DNA of 28,998 nt from Dehalococcoidia bacterium (GCA_030643515.1 DAOWLH010000100.1:1-28998); one strand, 5' to 3'; shown: positions 9,299-19,234, counted from the first letter of the stretch. Numbers and translations: made by a program. The notes: a model not told the origin generated them from the sequence alone.

Positions 9299-10864
9299 AT
9301 TAAGCGCTACGATTATATTATCGTTGGCAGCGGCATTGCCGGGCTTTACTGTACCCTGCTGGCCCAGAAATATGGCAGCGTGCTACTTGTCACCAAGGGC
9401 AGTATACATGACTGCAACACCAGACATGCCCAGGGGGGCATCGCCGCCGCCATCGGTAAAAACGACTCACCCCAGCTTCATTACAAGGATACCATAGCCG
9501 CCGGAGATGGCCTGTGCAACGAAGAGGCAGTCAACATACTGGTTACTGAAGCCCCGGACAGAATCGCGGACCTGGTCGGCTTTGGTGTACCCTTCGATAC
9601 CGTAAACGGGGAAATTGACCTCACCCTGGAGGCGGCCCACAGCGTGCGCCGCATCCTCCACGCCGGCGGCGACGCCACCGGCGAACACATAGAACTGACC
9701 CTGAGCGAAAGGGTGCGCTCCTTAAGCGTCCCCCTCCTCGAAGGCTACCTGGCGACTGAAATCATATTGGAAGAGGGCAGAGTCAGGGCATTAAAGACCC
9801 TTAACTGCGCCAGAGGCACCACTACGGAATTTGAATGCCATTTCCTCATTCTGGCCTCAGGTGGCTGTGGCCAGCTTTTCAAGTTCACCACCAATCCTGA
9901 GGTGGCCACCAGTGATGGCATTGCCCTCGCCTTTAACGCCGGTGCCGATGTCGTCGACATGGAGTTTTTCCAGTTCCACCCGACTACGTTGCATCTCCCC
10001 GGGGTGGCCACTTTCCTCATCTCGGAAGCAGTCAGGGGTGAAGGCGGCATCCTGCGTAATGCTAAAGGGGAGCGTTTTATGACCCGGTACACGCCACAGG
10101 CCGAGATGGCACCGAGGGATATCGTCACCCGCAGCATAGTTGCGGAAATGTCAAAGACAGGCGAAGACAATGTATTCCTGGACATCACCCGCCTGCCACC
10201 CCATGTCACTACCACGCGCTTCCCCCGGATATACCGCTTCTGTCTGGAACATGGCCTGGACATCACCAGGCAGCAGATTCCGGTGGCACCGGCAGCCCAT
10301 TATATGGTCGGTGGCATAAAGGTTGATAGCTGGGGGGAAAGCACCATATCAGGGCTATTCGCCGCCGGCGAGGTCGCCGGCACCGGTGTCCACGGCGCTA
10401 ACCGGCTGGCATCAAACTCATTGCTTGAGGTGCTCGTTTTCGGCAAGAGAACTATCCAAAGGACCCGCCACCAATATGAAACAGCCTCGGCTGGTTTTGG
10501 CAACGATGTCCTTACCCGTATTAAACCAAGAGAGCCGGCGCAGAACGCACCCCATGCCAGCCTCGCTGCCTTAAAACAGCTTATGTGGGATAAGGCAGGC
10601 ATTATCCGCAATAGAAAAGACCTGACCGAAGCTGCCAGTATGATATCTGCCTGGCAACAATCTCTGCCAGCTGTCAAGAACCGCGCCTCACACGAGCTTT
10701 CAAACCTGATACTGACCGGGCGGCTGGTCACCGAGGCCGCCCTGCTAAGGGAGGAGAGTCGCGGTGCCCACTTCCGTTCCGACTTTCCCCGGCACTCCAC
10801 CGGATGGCACCGTCATATCGTGCTGCAGGGTAAAATCAGGAGCCAAAATGAGACAACCATCTGA
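9299..10864 (+). CDS. nadB: L-aspartate oxidase, with predicted ATT start
   Basis: YDYIIVGSGIAG FAD motif lies upstream of the ORF-track start at 9380. AQGGIAA, HAGGDATG, QFHPT, EAVRGEG, HGANRLASNSL, REESRGAH. No ATG/GTG/TTG in frame between the stop at 9260-9262 and the FAD motif. Confidence 0.93.
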   Translation: MKRYDYIIVGSGIAGLYCTLLAQKYGSVLLVTKGSIHDCNTRHAQGGIAAAIGKNDSPQLHYKDTIAAGDGLCNEEAVNILVTEAPDRIADLVGFGVPFDTVNGEIDLTLEAAHSVRRILHAGGDATGEHIELTLSERVRSLSVPLLEGYLATEIILEEGRVRALKTLNCARGTTTEFECHFLILASGGCGQLFKFTTNPEVATSDGIALAFNAGADVVDMEFFQFHPTTLHLPGVATFLISEAVRGEGGILRNAKGERFMTRYTPQAEMAPRDIVTRSIVAEMSKTGEDNVFLDITRLPPHVTTTRFPRIYRFCLEHGLDITRQQIPVAPAAHYMVGGIKVDSWGESTISGLFAAGEVAGTGVHGANRLASNSLLEVLVFGKRTIQRTRHQYETASAGFGNDVLTRIKPREPAQNAPHASLAALKQLMWDKAGIIRNRKDLTEAASMISAWQQSLPAVKNRASHELSNLILTGRLVTEAALLREESRGAHFRSDFPRHSTGWHRHIVLQGKIRSQNETTI

Positions 10865-11696
10865 CGAACTGGCTAATATAATAGACCTTGCCCTGGAAGA
10901 GGATGGCGGAAGCGGTGACATCACCAGCGATATTTTGCTACCCGAAAACCAGCAGGGGAAAGCAGCCATTATAGCCAATGCCGAAGGCGTGCTGGCCGGT
11001 GGTGACACCGCCAGACTGGCCTTTCTTAAGGTTGACCCCTCCCTTGTAGCAACCTTTTCCATCCCAGACGGCAGCATGGTAAAACCGAAAGATATAGTTG
11101 CCACCATCGAAGGCAATGTGGCCGGCATCCTTAAAGCGGAACGGGTAGCCCTTAATTTCCTGTGTCATCTCAGCGGCATCGCCTCGGAGACGGCCAGATA
11201 TGTCGCCGGGGTTAGGGGAACAGCCACCGTCATTACCGATACCCGCAAGACTTCACCCGGTCTCAGGCTACTGGAAAAACAGGCCGTTCGTAGCGGTGGC
11301 GGCCACAACCACCGCCTCAATCTAGCCAGCGGAATCCTCATTAAAGACAATCACATAGCGGCGTTGCGCCACCTTGGTATGAGCCTGAAGGATATCGTGG
11401 CCAAGGCCAGGCAGAACGCCCCCAGGGGTTCAACGATTGAGATAGAGGTAAACACCACCGCCGAAGCCATTGAAGCAGCCAATGCCGGGGCCGACATCAT
11501 TATGCTGGACAATATGACTCCCGATGACGTCAGACGGGTTGCAGGGCTGGTTTCAACCCGGACAAAGCTTGAGGCTTCAGGCGGCATCAACCTGGACAAT
11601 ATCAAAGCCTATGCCGCCACCGGCGTTGATTATATCTCCATCGGCGCCATCACCCACTCAGCCAGGGCGCTTGATTTTAGCCTTAAACTCAGTTAG
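10848..11696 (+). CDS. nadC: nicotinate-nucleotide pyrophosphorylase (carboxylating)
   Basis: ALEEDG..GDITS, AERVALNFL, DTRKT, NHR..L...ILIKDNH, IMLDN, EASGGI. ATG 10848 behind AGGAG, overlapping the end of nadB. Confidence 0.95.
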   Translation: MRQPSDELANIIDLALEEDGGSGDITSDILLPENQQGKAAIIANAEGVLAGGDTARLAFLKVDPSLVATFSIPDGSMVKPKDIVATIEGNVAGILKAERVALNFLCHLSGIASETARYVAGVRGTATVITDTRKTSPGLRLLEKQAVRSGGGHNHRLNLASGILIKDNHIAALRHLGMSLKDIVAKARQNAPRGSTIEIEVNTTAEAIEAANAGADIIMLDNMTPDDVRRVAGLVSTRTKLEASGGINLDNIKAYAATGVDYISIGAITHSARALDFSLKLS

Positions 11697-11949
11697 CCAA
11701 TAACCCGGCGTATACCACTGCTCAAGTCCGATTCAAGCTTCATTGGTCGCATGCATTTACAGACATATTATTCCCGTAATCGCGCTGTGGATATTCGCCA
11801 TTTGGCCACAGGCAGTACCATTTTACCCCTATCAAAGACCAATATTGTGACTTTTGGGTGATTGTAAAGCATCCTTCTATCCCTAAAAATAGATATTGCG
11901 AATAACTTGATGTAGTTGGAAGCAAGAATAAACATATAGGAGAAAAACG

Positions 11950-12510
11950 ATGGATACCATAAAAACTTCTAAAGAGCTCGGCAAAGGCGATAACAACGGA
12001 ACGACTGATATTATGGCCGATATGGCCAAAGAGGCAGACCAAATCATCTCCAATGCTCGTCAAGCAGCCCGCCAGGAAGCGGAGCAGGAGATAGAGCGGA
12101 TCCTCAAGCAATACGAAGAGAAGGCAAAGCAAATCGTTTCCAGGATTCGGGAAGAGACAAATACAAGGGCCGCCCAAATCGCCGACAGCGTGCGGGAATC
12201 AATTCTGACGAGAATCGAAAAGGCTTCATCGGATGCCATAGCTGAAGCAATTGCCGATTCCAGCCGAAAAGTCGAGGAGATCGTCAAGAGCCAGCCAGAT
12301 TTAGCCGCTGATAAGCCGGAGCCAGCACCCGCCAAGGCCAAGATTGACCAGGAAAGCAGTCCCCCGCAACCCCAGGTGGATAATCTGGCCGAGCAGGATA
12401 ATGGCGATGAAGCTAAAGACAAGAAGAGCCCTACTGAGGCGGAAACCAGTCGAGGAGCACGTACTGACGTTAGATTTGAGCAGGATTTTGACCAGTGGCT
12501 TAGCCAGTAA
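11950..12510 (+). CDS. hypothetical coiled-coil protein with an acidic, Pro-rich C-terminus
   Basis: SD TAGGAG; Ala/Glu-rich heptad region followed by a low-complexity tail; no family recognised. Confidence 0.65.
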   Translation: MDTIKTSKELGKGDNNGTTDIMADMAKEADQIISNARQAARQEAEQEIERILKQYEEKAKQIVSRIREETNTRAAQIADSVRESILTRIEKASSDAIAEAIADSSRKVEEIVKSQPDLAADKPEPAPAKAKIDQESSPPQPQVDNLAEQDNGDEAKDKKSPTEAETSRGARTDVRFEQDFDQWLSQ

Positions 12511-12524
12511 GCAAGAGACCAGAC

Positions 12525-12917
12525 ATGGAAGCAGGCAACGGCAGAAGAAAAGAGTTTGGCCTGATGCTACGACAGCAACGGCTGATGATTCCTATGACCC
12601 TTCATGACCTGACATTAAAATCGGGCGTATCGCCTTCTTACCTGGGCAGGATAGAGAGAGGGGAACGCTTCCCTTCCGCCACCATATTGCAGAGAATCGC
12701 CCGGCCTCTAGGTTTTGACATCGATGAGCTTTTTACCCTGGCTGGTTACCTATCGACGCAACCTGCCGCTGTATCCGAAGCGAGTCCAGATTATTCCGGC
12801 AACCACCTGGACCCGTATGTCTACCGCGTCCTGTCTCAGGAACCAATCGCTGCGCAACGGGCGGTCATCGGCATCATCTCCATACTGAGAAGTATCGCCA
12901 AAGTGGATAACGCCTAG
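12525..12917 (+). CDS. XRE-family helix-turn-helix transcriptional regulator
   Basis: FGLMLRQQR...SGVSPSYLGRIERGERFPS...LQRIARPLG HTH_3 pattern. Confidence 0.88.
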   Translation: MEAGNGRRKEFGLMLRQQRLMIPMTLHDLTLKSGVSPSYLGRIERGERFPSATILQRIARPLGFDIDELFTLAGYLSTQPAAVSEASPDYSGNHLDPYVYRVLSQEPIAAQRAVIGIISILRSIAKVDNA

Positions 12918-12954
12918 CGGTGAGTCTAAAAAGAGACTGCCAACTCCACCGCCT

Positions 12955-13890
12955 TCAGGCTGCTACCTCCTGAACGCTAATTTGCGGCAATAGCCATTCC
13001 ACGTCAGCCCGGCGGCAGAGCTCCGTCCCCGGCGTCAGCACCGCAGCCGTGCCCATCGCCGTAGCCAGGCGGCAGGCCTCCCAAAGAGATCCCCCTTTGG
13101 CTAGCTTCATGGCGAGGCCGGCAACAGAGCAATCGCCGGCACCGACGTCACTGACGCCCTTCACCCTCGGGGGCACCGCTCTTATGACCTTACCCTCACC
13201 GGCGGCAATGAGACCATCTTTGCCCCTGGAGATAACGGCGATTTCAATACCACCGGCAACCAGTTCAAGGCAAGCCGTAATAATATCGGCTTCAACTTCC
13301 AGTTCAACGCCAAGAAGCTCTTCAGTTTCCCTGACATTGGGCTTTATGAGGTAGGGCTTCCCCTTAACCCCCTCCTTTAGATATACCCCTGATGAATCCA
13401 GTATGGTTTTTACGCCATGCTCCCTGGCTTTGAGAATAATCGTGCGGTAAATATCCGCCGGGCAGCCCGGAGGCACGCTGCCGCCAGCAACTATCAGGTC
13501 CGGAACCCGGCTACTGCCCCAGAGTTGCCCAAAAAAGCGGGCTACTTCTTCCTTTGAGACAAGCGGCCCCGCAGTGCTAATCCTTGTCTGCTGCGAGGTC
13601 TTAACGTCATTAATAATAATGCAGGAGCGCGTTTCCCCGCCAATCGGAGTGAACCTGAAGGGCACCCCCTGCTCGGTTAGCAGCGTTGCCAGTATTTGGC
13701 CGTCATGCCCGCCGATGAAGCCATAGGCCACACCCAGGCCACCCATCTCATGTATCGCCCGCGATACATCTATGCCTTTGCCCCCGGCATCATGACGCAC
13801 CCCGGCACTGCGATTGGTCTCGTCCAAGTTCAATCCTTGAACAGTGATGTGCTTATCGACACAGGGGTTCAGAGTTATGGTAGCAATCAT
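12955..13890 (-). CDS. 1-phosphofructokinase / tagatose-6-phosphate kinase family (PfkB) kinase
   Basis: MIATITLNPCVD start, AGGKGIDVSR, ILDSSG, IKPNVRE, VGAGD PfkB signature. Confidence 0.9.
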   Translation of the reverse strand: MIATITLNPCVDKHITVQGLNLDETNRSAGVRHDAGGKGIDVSRAIHEMGGLGVAYGFIGGHDGQILATLLTEQGVPFRFTPIGGETRSCIIINDVKTSQQTRISTAGPLVSKEEVARFFGQLWGSSRVPDLIVAGGSVPPGCPADIYRTIILKAREHGVKTILDSSGVYLKEGVKGKPYLIKPNVRETEELLGVELEVEADIITACLELVAGGIEIAVISRGKDGLIAAGEGKVIRAVPPRVKGVSDVGAGDCSVAGLAMKLAKGGSLWEACRLATAMGTAAVLTPGTELCRRADVEWLLPQISVQEVAA

Positions 13891-13906
13891 AATCCGCCGC
13901 ACGACA

Positions 13907-14899
13907 TCAGTATTCCAGGTACCAGTCTTGCGAAACACCAGCCAGTGCATCGGCAGATAGCCCCAGCTTCCGGTACCAGGGTACAGCATATTTGCCGGCT
14001 ATCTCATTAAGTTCCTTTAGCCTTTCGACAGCTACGGTACCCAAATATTCGCTTCTTTGGCGGACGTTTTCAATGGCAACCGCTTCCTGCCAGATGGCAC
14101 GGCCAGCCAGAAACCCGGAAGCCCCCGCCCGGCAGGCAATCTCGACCTGCCTGCGAAAGAGTTCGTAGTCAACACCAGCGCTGAGTATAACCCAGGGCAC
14201 CGGTGAAGCAGCATCCAGTTCACGGCAATGCTCGCTAAGCTCGGACTTATCTGCTTTATAGCGCAGGTCATCCGGAAACTCAGCCTTGAGGATATCTATG
14301 GGCAAACCGGTGATATCCCTTGCGGTATCAATCACCAGCCGCGCTTTATGCTCAGCGAATAACCTCGGATTGGACACCTCGTCACCCACAGGATAAGACA
14401 CCGCTTCCACCAGCAGGGGAATGTCATGCTCGATGCAATCCCGGGCGACAGCGTTTACCGTATCCAGCTGCTGGGCGGCTAATTCATTCAAATCCGGCCG
14501 GTAATAGAGCAACAGCTTGACCGCCGAGGCGCCCATACGCTTAGTTTTGGCCACACTCCATCCCTCAAGCAGCCTGGTTCGACGGTTTTCCCTATCTCCA
14601 GCATAGCCGGTAGCCTCCAGCGACACCAGAAGACCGCTGTCTTTTGGTATCACGCCGTGACTGATGCATTGAGCGGCCCCGTATATCGGGTCAAGAAGGA
14701 CAGCGCTAGCGTAAGGAGCCAGGTGAGAACACAGCTCCAGCTTGAAGTCAATCATCGCCCCATCGCAGACTTCGTCTTCCTCCTGGCAGATAAGCTGGCG
14801 CAGTGAGCCGCGGTGGTCAATGGCACACATGTTGAAGATACCCGACTGGTCGGCAATCTGCTGCAGCCCCTTTAGCTTGCCAATGCTCAACCGTTTCAT
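13907..14899 (-). CDS. lacD: tagatose-1,6-bisphosphate aldolase (LacD-type class I aldolase)
   Basis: AIDHRGSL, ASAVLLDPIYG, ASAVKLLLYY, DILKAEFP (Schiff-base Lys), WVILSAGV, SGFLAGRAIW. Confidence 0.85.
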   Translation of the reverse strand: MKRLSIGKLKGLQQIADQSGIFNMCAIDHRGSLRQLICQEEDEVCDGAMIDFKLELCSHLAPYASAVLLDPIYGAAQCISHGVIPKDSGLLVSLEATGYAGDRENRRTRLLEGWSVAKTKRMGASAVKLLLYYRPDLNELAAQQLDTVNAVARDCIEHDIPLLVEAVSYPVGDEVSNPRLFAEHKARLVIDTARDITGLPIDILKAEFPDDLRYKADKSELSEHCRELDAASPVPWVILSAGVDYELFRRQVEIACRAGASGFLAGRAIWQEAVAIENVRQRSEYLGTVAVERLKELNEIAGKYAVPWYRKLGLSADALAGVSQDWYLEY

Positions 14900-15006
14900 G
14901 GCTCTCCTCGATTATTATGGGTTATCAGCCGTTAATAATCAAGGCGTTTGTTTTTATCTACAGCCACAATTATAATATAGCCGGTTAAGCCTATATTTGA
15001 GGGGTC

Positions 15007-15654
15007 TTGCATTTCTTGCTTTATCGCACCATCCAGCTAGCATTGAAGCTGCTCTTTTCCCTGCTGACCCGCCGCCGGGTCACGGGTAGAGAGAATATTC
15101 CCCGCCACGGACCGGCTATCTTTGTCGGCAATCACATCCACCTGTTCGACTCGCCACTGCTCTGGGTCACCCTGGGTTCAAAAGCGAAATTCATAGCAAA
15201 AGAGGAGATGTTCAACTCCAGGATAACTGGCTACATCATGCGCACTTGCGGCGTCTTTCCGATAGCCAAGGAGCGCCTTGATATGAAGGCTTTTCGTCGG
15301 GCAATGCGAACCCTGTCCCGCGGGCAACATCTGGTCATGTTCCCTGAGGGAATGAGAAGTAAGAACAAGCGCCTCAAGCTGGCTTTCCCCGGAGCCGCCC
15401 TCATGGCCTCGCGCAGCGGAGCACCGATTGTTCCGGTAGTCATTACCGGTACGGAAAATCTCCAGGGGATAAAGTGGTTATGGCGACGTCCCCGGATATC
15501 AGTTCATTTTGGGCCGTCTTTTTTACTGCCGCCAGTGGAGGACCGACTTACCAAGTACAAACTGGCCAAGTTGACCGACATTATTATGGAAAGTATTGCC
15601 CATTTGCTGCCAGAGGAATATCATGGCCAGTACAAACCCAGGAAGGTAGAGTGA
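15007..15654 (+). CDS. plsC: 1-acyl-sn-glycerol-3-phosphate acyltransferase
   Basis: NHIHLFD (NHxxxxD), FIAKEE, FPEGMR, GAPIVPV; TTG start. Confidence 0.9.
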   Translation: MHFLLYRTIQLALKLLFSLLTRRRVTGRENIPRHGPAIFVGNHIHLFDSPLLWVTLGSKAKFIAKEEMFNSRITGYIMRTCGVFPIAKERLDMKAFRRAMRTLSRGQHLVMFPEGMRSKNKRLKLAFPGAALMASRSGAPIVPVVITGTENLQGIKWLWRRPRISVHFGPSFLLPPVEDRLTKYKLAKLTDIIMESIAHLLPEEYHGQYKPRKVE

Positions 15655-15655
15655 C

Positions 15656-16507
15656 TTGGAGATTAAACGGGCGCCTGATATCGGTTTCTGTACGGGGGTC
15701 AGGCGGGCGATAGATATCCTGGAACGCGTCGCCCGCGAGCAGGGTGGCGTGGAGACGCTGGGGGCGGTGGTGCACAACCAGCAGGTGCTGCGCAAACTGG
15801 CTGATATCGGGGCCAGCATCGTCAATAGCGTCGATGAAATTAAGGGGAGCAGGGTAGTCATTCGCTCTCATGGTGTTGGTCCGCAGGTAATCAACCAGAT
15901 TCAGTCCCGTGGTATCGACATAATTGATGCCACCTGTCCCTTCGTTAAACGAGCCCAGGTAGCCGCCAGAAGGCTGCACCAGTCTGGTTTTTATACCATC
16001 GTCTTCGGCGATGCCAGCCACCCCGAGGTCAAGAGTATACTCGCCTGGGCCAGTGACAACGGCCTGGCGACCCAGGAAGCTACAGTTCTGTCCAGCCTCG
16101 ATAATCCGCCCCGCCGCCTGGGGATACTGTCACAGACAACCCATGTACCCGCCCGCTACGCCCGCTTCATCAAAGATATCATTGACTATGCCCTGGTCAA
16201 AGACTCGGAGCTACGCATCATCGACACCATCTGCCACGATATAAGGCGCCGACAGGAAGATAGTGTGAAGCTGGCCAGGGAATCTGAGCTGGTGTTTGTC
16301 GTCGGCGGCCACGCCAGCGCCAACAGCAAGCACCTGGTGGAGCTGTGCTCCGAGATAACCACTACCCGTCTCATTGAGACCGCCCGCGAAATCCGGAGAT
16401 CCTGGTTGCCGGAGAAGGGTATTATCGGCATCACCTCGGGGGCTTCCACCGGCGAAGAGACAATAGATGACGTGGTAACCAGGCTCAAGTCCTTCACCCG
16501 GGATTAG
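15656..16507 (+). CDS. ispH: 4-hydroxy-3-methylbut-2-enyl diphosphate reductase
   Basis: GFCTGVRRA, IRSHG, DATCPFV, HPEV, SQTT, TIC, SANS..L, GITSGAST. Confidence 0.95.
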   Translation: MEIKRAPDIGFCTGVRRAIDILERVAREQGGVETLGAVVHNQQVLRKLADIGASIVNSVDEIKGSRVVIRSHGVGPQVINQIQSRGIDIIDATCPFVKRAQVAARRLHQSGFYTIVFGDASHPEVKSILAWASDNGLATQEATVLSSLDNPPRRLGILSQTTHVPARYARFIKDIIDYALVKDSELRIIDTICHDIRRRQEDSVKLARESELVFVVGGHASANSKHLVELCSEITTTRLIETAREIRRSWLPEKGIIGITSGASTGEETIDDVVTRLKSFTRD

Positions 16508-16566
16508 GTAGACTTTACCATTGTCGCCGCCTTAGAATTTATGTTACACTGCCCTGTTAAGAAGCC

Positions 16567-17544
16567 ATGACAAGACGCCGCATTTTTTCCGGAGCCCGAC
16601 CAACCGGTCGTCAGCACATCGGTAATTACCTGGGAGCCTTACAGAACTGGGTCAAACTGCAGGATAAATACGAGTGCATCTACTGCATCGTTGATATTCA
16701 CGCCCTGACCTCACTGGAAGACACCAAACAACTCCAGGGCAACATCCATGAGATGATTCTTGACTGGCTGGCGGTCGGCCTCGACCCGGAAAAGAGTATT
16801 CTGTTTGTCCAGTCCCATGTACCACAGGTGATGGAGCTGCACACCCTGCTCAGTATGATAACCCCGCTGGGCTGGCTATTACGAGTGCCTACCTTTAAAG
16901 AAAAGGTCAAGCTCCAGCCCAACAATGTCAACTACGGCCTGGTCGGTTATCCAGTGCTACAGACGTCCGACATAGCCCTCTATAAGGCCGAAGTAGTACC
17001 CGTTGGCGAAGACCAGTTGCCCCACCTGGAACTGGCGCGGGAGATTACCCGCCGCTTCAACAGCCTGTTCGGCTATACCTTCCCCGAACCTCAGGGCAAG
17101 CTGACATCCTATCCGATGGTGGTCGGGCTTGACGGCAAGGACAAGATGAGCAAACAGGCCGGCAACGACATCGAGCTGGCGCTGACACCGGAGGAAACCA
17201 GGAAAAAGATAATGACCGCCTTCACCGACCCCGCCCGCCGCTACCGCACCGATGCCGGGCATCCCGAAGTGTGCAACGTCTATAAGCTGATGACCTACTT
17301 TGACCGCCTAAAAACAGAGGGCATCGCCGGGCAGTGCCGTTCTGCCGAGATTGGCTGCGTCGACTGCAAGCTGGCGCTGGCCGAGGCGATAAACAGCGAA
17401 CTGAAGCCTGTCAGGGAAAAAAGAGCAGAGCTTGCGGCCGACCCGAAATCTATAGCCGCTATCCTTAACGACGGCGCCAAAAAGGCCCGGAGTATCGCCA
17501 GGAAGACCTTAAAAGAGGTCAAGAAGAACATGGGGCTTATTTAG
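16567..17544 (+). CDS. trpS: tryptophan--tRNA ligase
   Basis: SGARPTG..HIGNY, DIHALT, YPVLQTSDI, VPVGEDQ..HLE, KMSK. Confidence 0.96.
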   Translation: MTRRRIFSGARPTGRQHIGNYLGALQNWVKLQDKYECIYCIVDIHALTSLEDTKQLQGNIHEMILDWLAVGLDPEKSILFVQSHVPQVMELHTLLSMITPLGWLLRVPTFKEKVKLQPNNVNYGLVGYPVLQTSDIALYKAEVVPVGEDQLPHLELAREITRRFNSLFGYTFPEPQGKLTSYPMVVGLDGKDKMSKQAGNDIELALTPEETRKKIMTAFTDPARRYRTDAGHPEVCNVYKLMTYFDRLKTEGIAGQCRSAEIGCVDCKLALAEAINSELKPVREKRAELAADPKSIAAILNDGAKKARSIARKTLKEVKKNMGLI

Positions 17545-18736
17545 CCCGGTGTTTCTTTACAAACCGCTTCATGCGCACCAGCGCCTCCTCTATTTCGTCA
17601 AGTGAGGTGGCGTAGCAGCAGCGGACGTAGCCCTCACCGCCCGGACCGAAGGCACTACCGGGAACGACGGCCACCTTCTCCTTAATAAGCAGTTTTTCGG
17701 CAAAATCCTCGGAGTTCATACCGGTGCTTTTGATTGAGGGGAAGGCATAGAAGGCACCCCTGGGCTCGAAGCAGGACAGGCCGATATCGCACAGGCCCTT
17801 GACCATGACCAGCCGTCGGTGGTTGTAGTCCTCGACCATCTTAGCAACGCTGTCCCCTCCCGATTTCAGAGCCTCGATGGCGGCTACCTGCCCCATGGTT
17901 GGGGCGCTCATTATGGTGTACTGGTGTATCTTGGTCATGGCGGCGATGATTTCTTCGCTGGCTGCGGCATAGCCGATGCGCCAGCCGGTCATAGCATAAG
18001 ACTTGGAGAAGCCACCGAGTAATATGGTGCTCTCCTTCATACCGGGCAGTGCCGCCAGACAGGTGTGTTCCACACCATAGACCAGCCCGGCATATATCTC
18101 GTCGGATACAAGCAACAAATGGTGGCGACGGGCTAGCTCGGCTACTGCTATCAGTTTGTCCCGTGGCATAACGGCGCCGGTTGGATTGGCCGGATAGCCA
18201 AGCATAATGGCCCTGGTACGGCTATTTATCTTTGGCTCTATATCGGCGGCATCAAGCTGAAAGCCGCTCTCCTCCCCGGCGGGCACCAGCACCGGTTTAC
18301 CACCCGCCAGAATAACGCATGCAGGATAAGAAACATAGCTTGGGTCGGGCATGATGACCTCATCCCCGGGGTCAATGACAGCTCTCATGGCCAGGTCCAG
18401 TGCTTCACTGACACCGACGGTTATCAGAAGCTCGGTATCGGGTTTGTATTCCAGGCTATATCTATCCCGAAGATGCACCGCCAGCTGATGTCGCAGCGCC
18501 GGCATCCCCAGGTTAGAGGTGTACATGGTGTTGCCCTTCTCCAAAGAGTAGATAGCAGCCTCACGTATATGCCACGGTGTAGCGTAGTCCGGCTCGCCAA
18601 CGCCGAGCGAAATGACCCCCTCCATCGAGGCCAGCAGGTCAAAGAACTTGCGTATGCCGGAGGGCGAAATCTGCCCCACCCTCTGCGCCAGAGGTCCGGC
18701 GTGTCTATCTAACTTTGCCAACGGTTCCGCTGCCAT
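17537..18736 (-). CDS. class I/II PLP-dependent aminotransferase (YugH/AlaT-like)
   Basis: ISPSGIRKFFD, SLGVGEPD, NPTG, SDEIY, GFSKSYAMTGWRIG; paired with an Lrp regulator. Confidence 0.92.
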   Translation of the reverse strand: MAAEPLAKLDRHAGPLAQRVGQISPSGIRKFFDLLASMEGVISLGVGEPDYATPWHIREAAIYSLEKGNTMYTSNLGMPALRHQLAVHLRDRYSLEYKPDTELLITVGVSEALDLAMRAVIDPGDEVIMPDPSYVSYPACVILAGGKPVLVPAGEESGFQLDAADIEPKINSRTRAIMLGYPANPTGAVMPRDKLIAVAELARRHHLLLVSDEIYAGLVYGVEHTCLAALPGMKESTILLGGFSKSYAMTGWRIGYAAASEEIIAAMTKIHQYTIMSAPTMGQVAAIEALKSGGDSVAKMVEDYNHRRLVMVKGLCDIGLSCFEPRGAFYAFPSIKSTGMNSEDFAEKLLIKEKVAVVPGSAFGPGGEGYVRCCYATSLDEIEEALVRMKRFVKKHRAK

Positions 18737-18751
18737 TACAATATCTCACAA

Positions 18752-19234
18752 TTACAGAATTACCGGTTGCCTTTTAGCCCCCTCGTTGCCCTCCAGTATC
18801 TCTCCATCCTCCTTGTAGCACTTGAGCAGAAAGTGGGTAGCCGTCCCCTGCACCCCTTCAATGGGCGCCAGCTTCTGGGTAACGAAGTCCGATATCTCGT
18901 GCATGGATTTACCCGTAGCCAGAACCGCCAGATCATATGCCCCTGAAACCAGATAGACGGCACGTGCCTGCGGGAAACGATAGATGCGCTCGGCGATAGA
19001 GTCAAAGCCGACGTCCCGCTGCGGTGTAAGCTTGACCTCGATAAGTGCCCGCAGCCGCTCGTCGCCCACCTTATCCCAGTTGACCAGCGTCTTGTACTTG
19101 ACGATTGTCCGCTCCGCCTCCGCCTGCTTGATTAGCCTGGCGACTTCATCCTCGGAGAGTCCGGTCATGGTGGCTATACGCTTGGTGGAAGCATGGGCAT
19201 CGCTCTCAAGTATCTTAAGGACTTCTTTAAGCAT
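18752..19234 (-). CDS. Lrp/AsnC-family transcriptional regulator (YugG-like)
   Basis: N-terminal HTH, INWDK-like LVNWDK, IEVKLTPQRDVGFD, VYLVSGAYDL, THFLLK. Confidence 0.9.
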   Translation of the reverse strand: MLKEVLKILESDAHASTKRIATMTGLSEDEVARLIKQAEAERTIVKYKTLVNWDKVGDERLRALIEVKLTPQRDVGFDSIAERIYRFPQARAVYLVSGAYDLAVLATGKSMHEISDFVTQKLAPIEGVQGTATHFLLKCYKEDGEILEGNEGAKRQPVIL

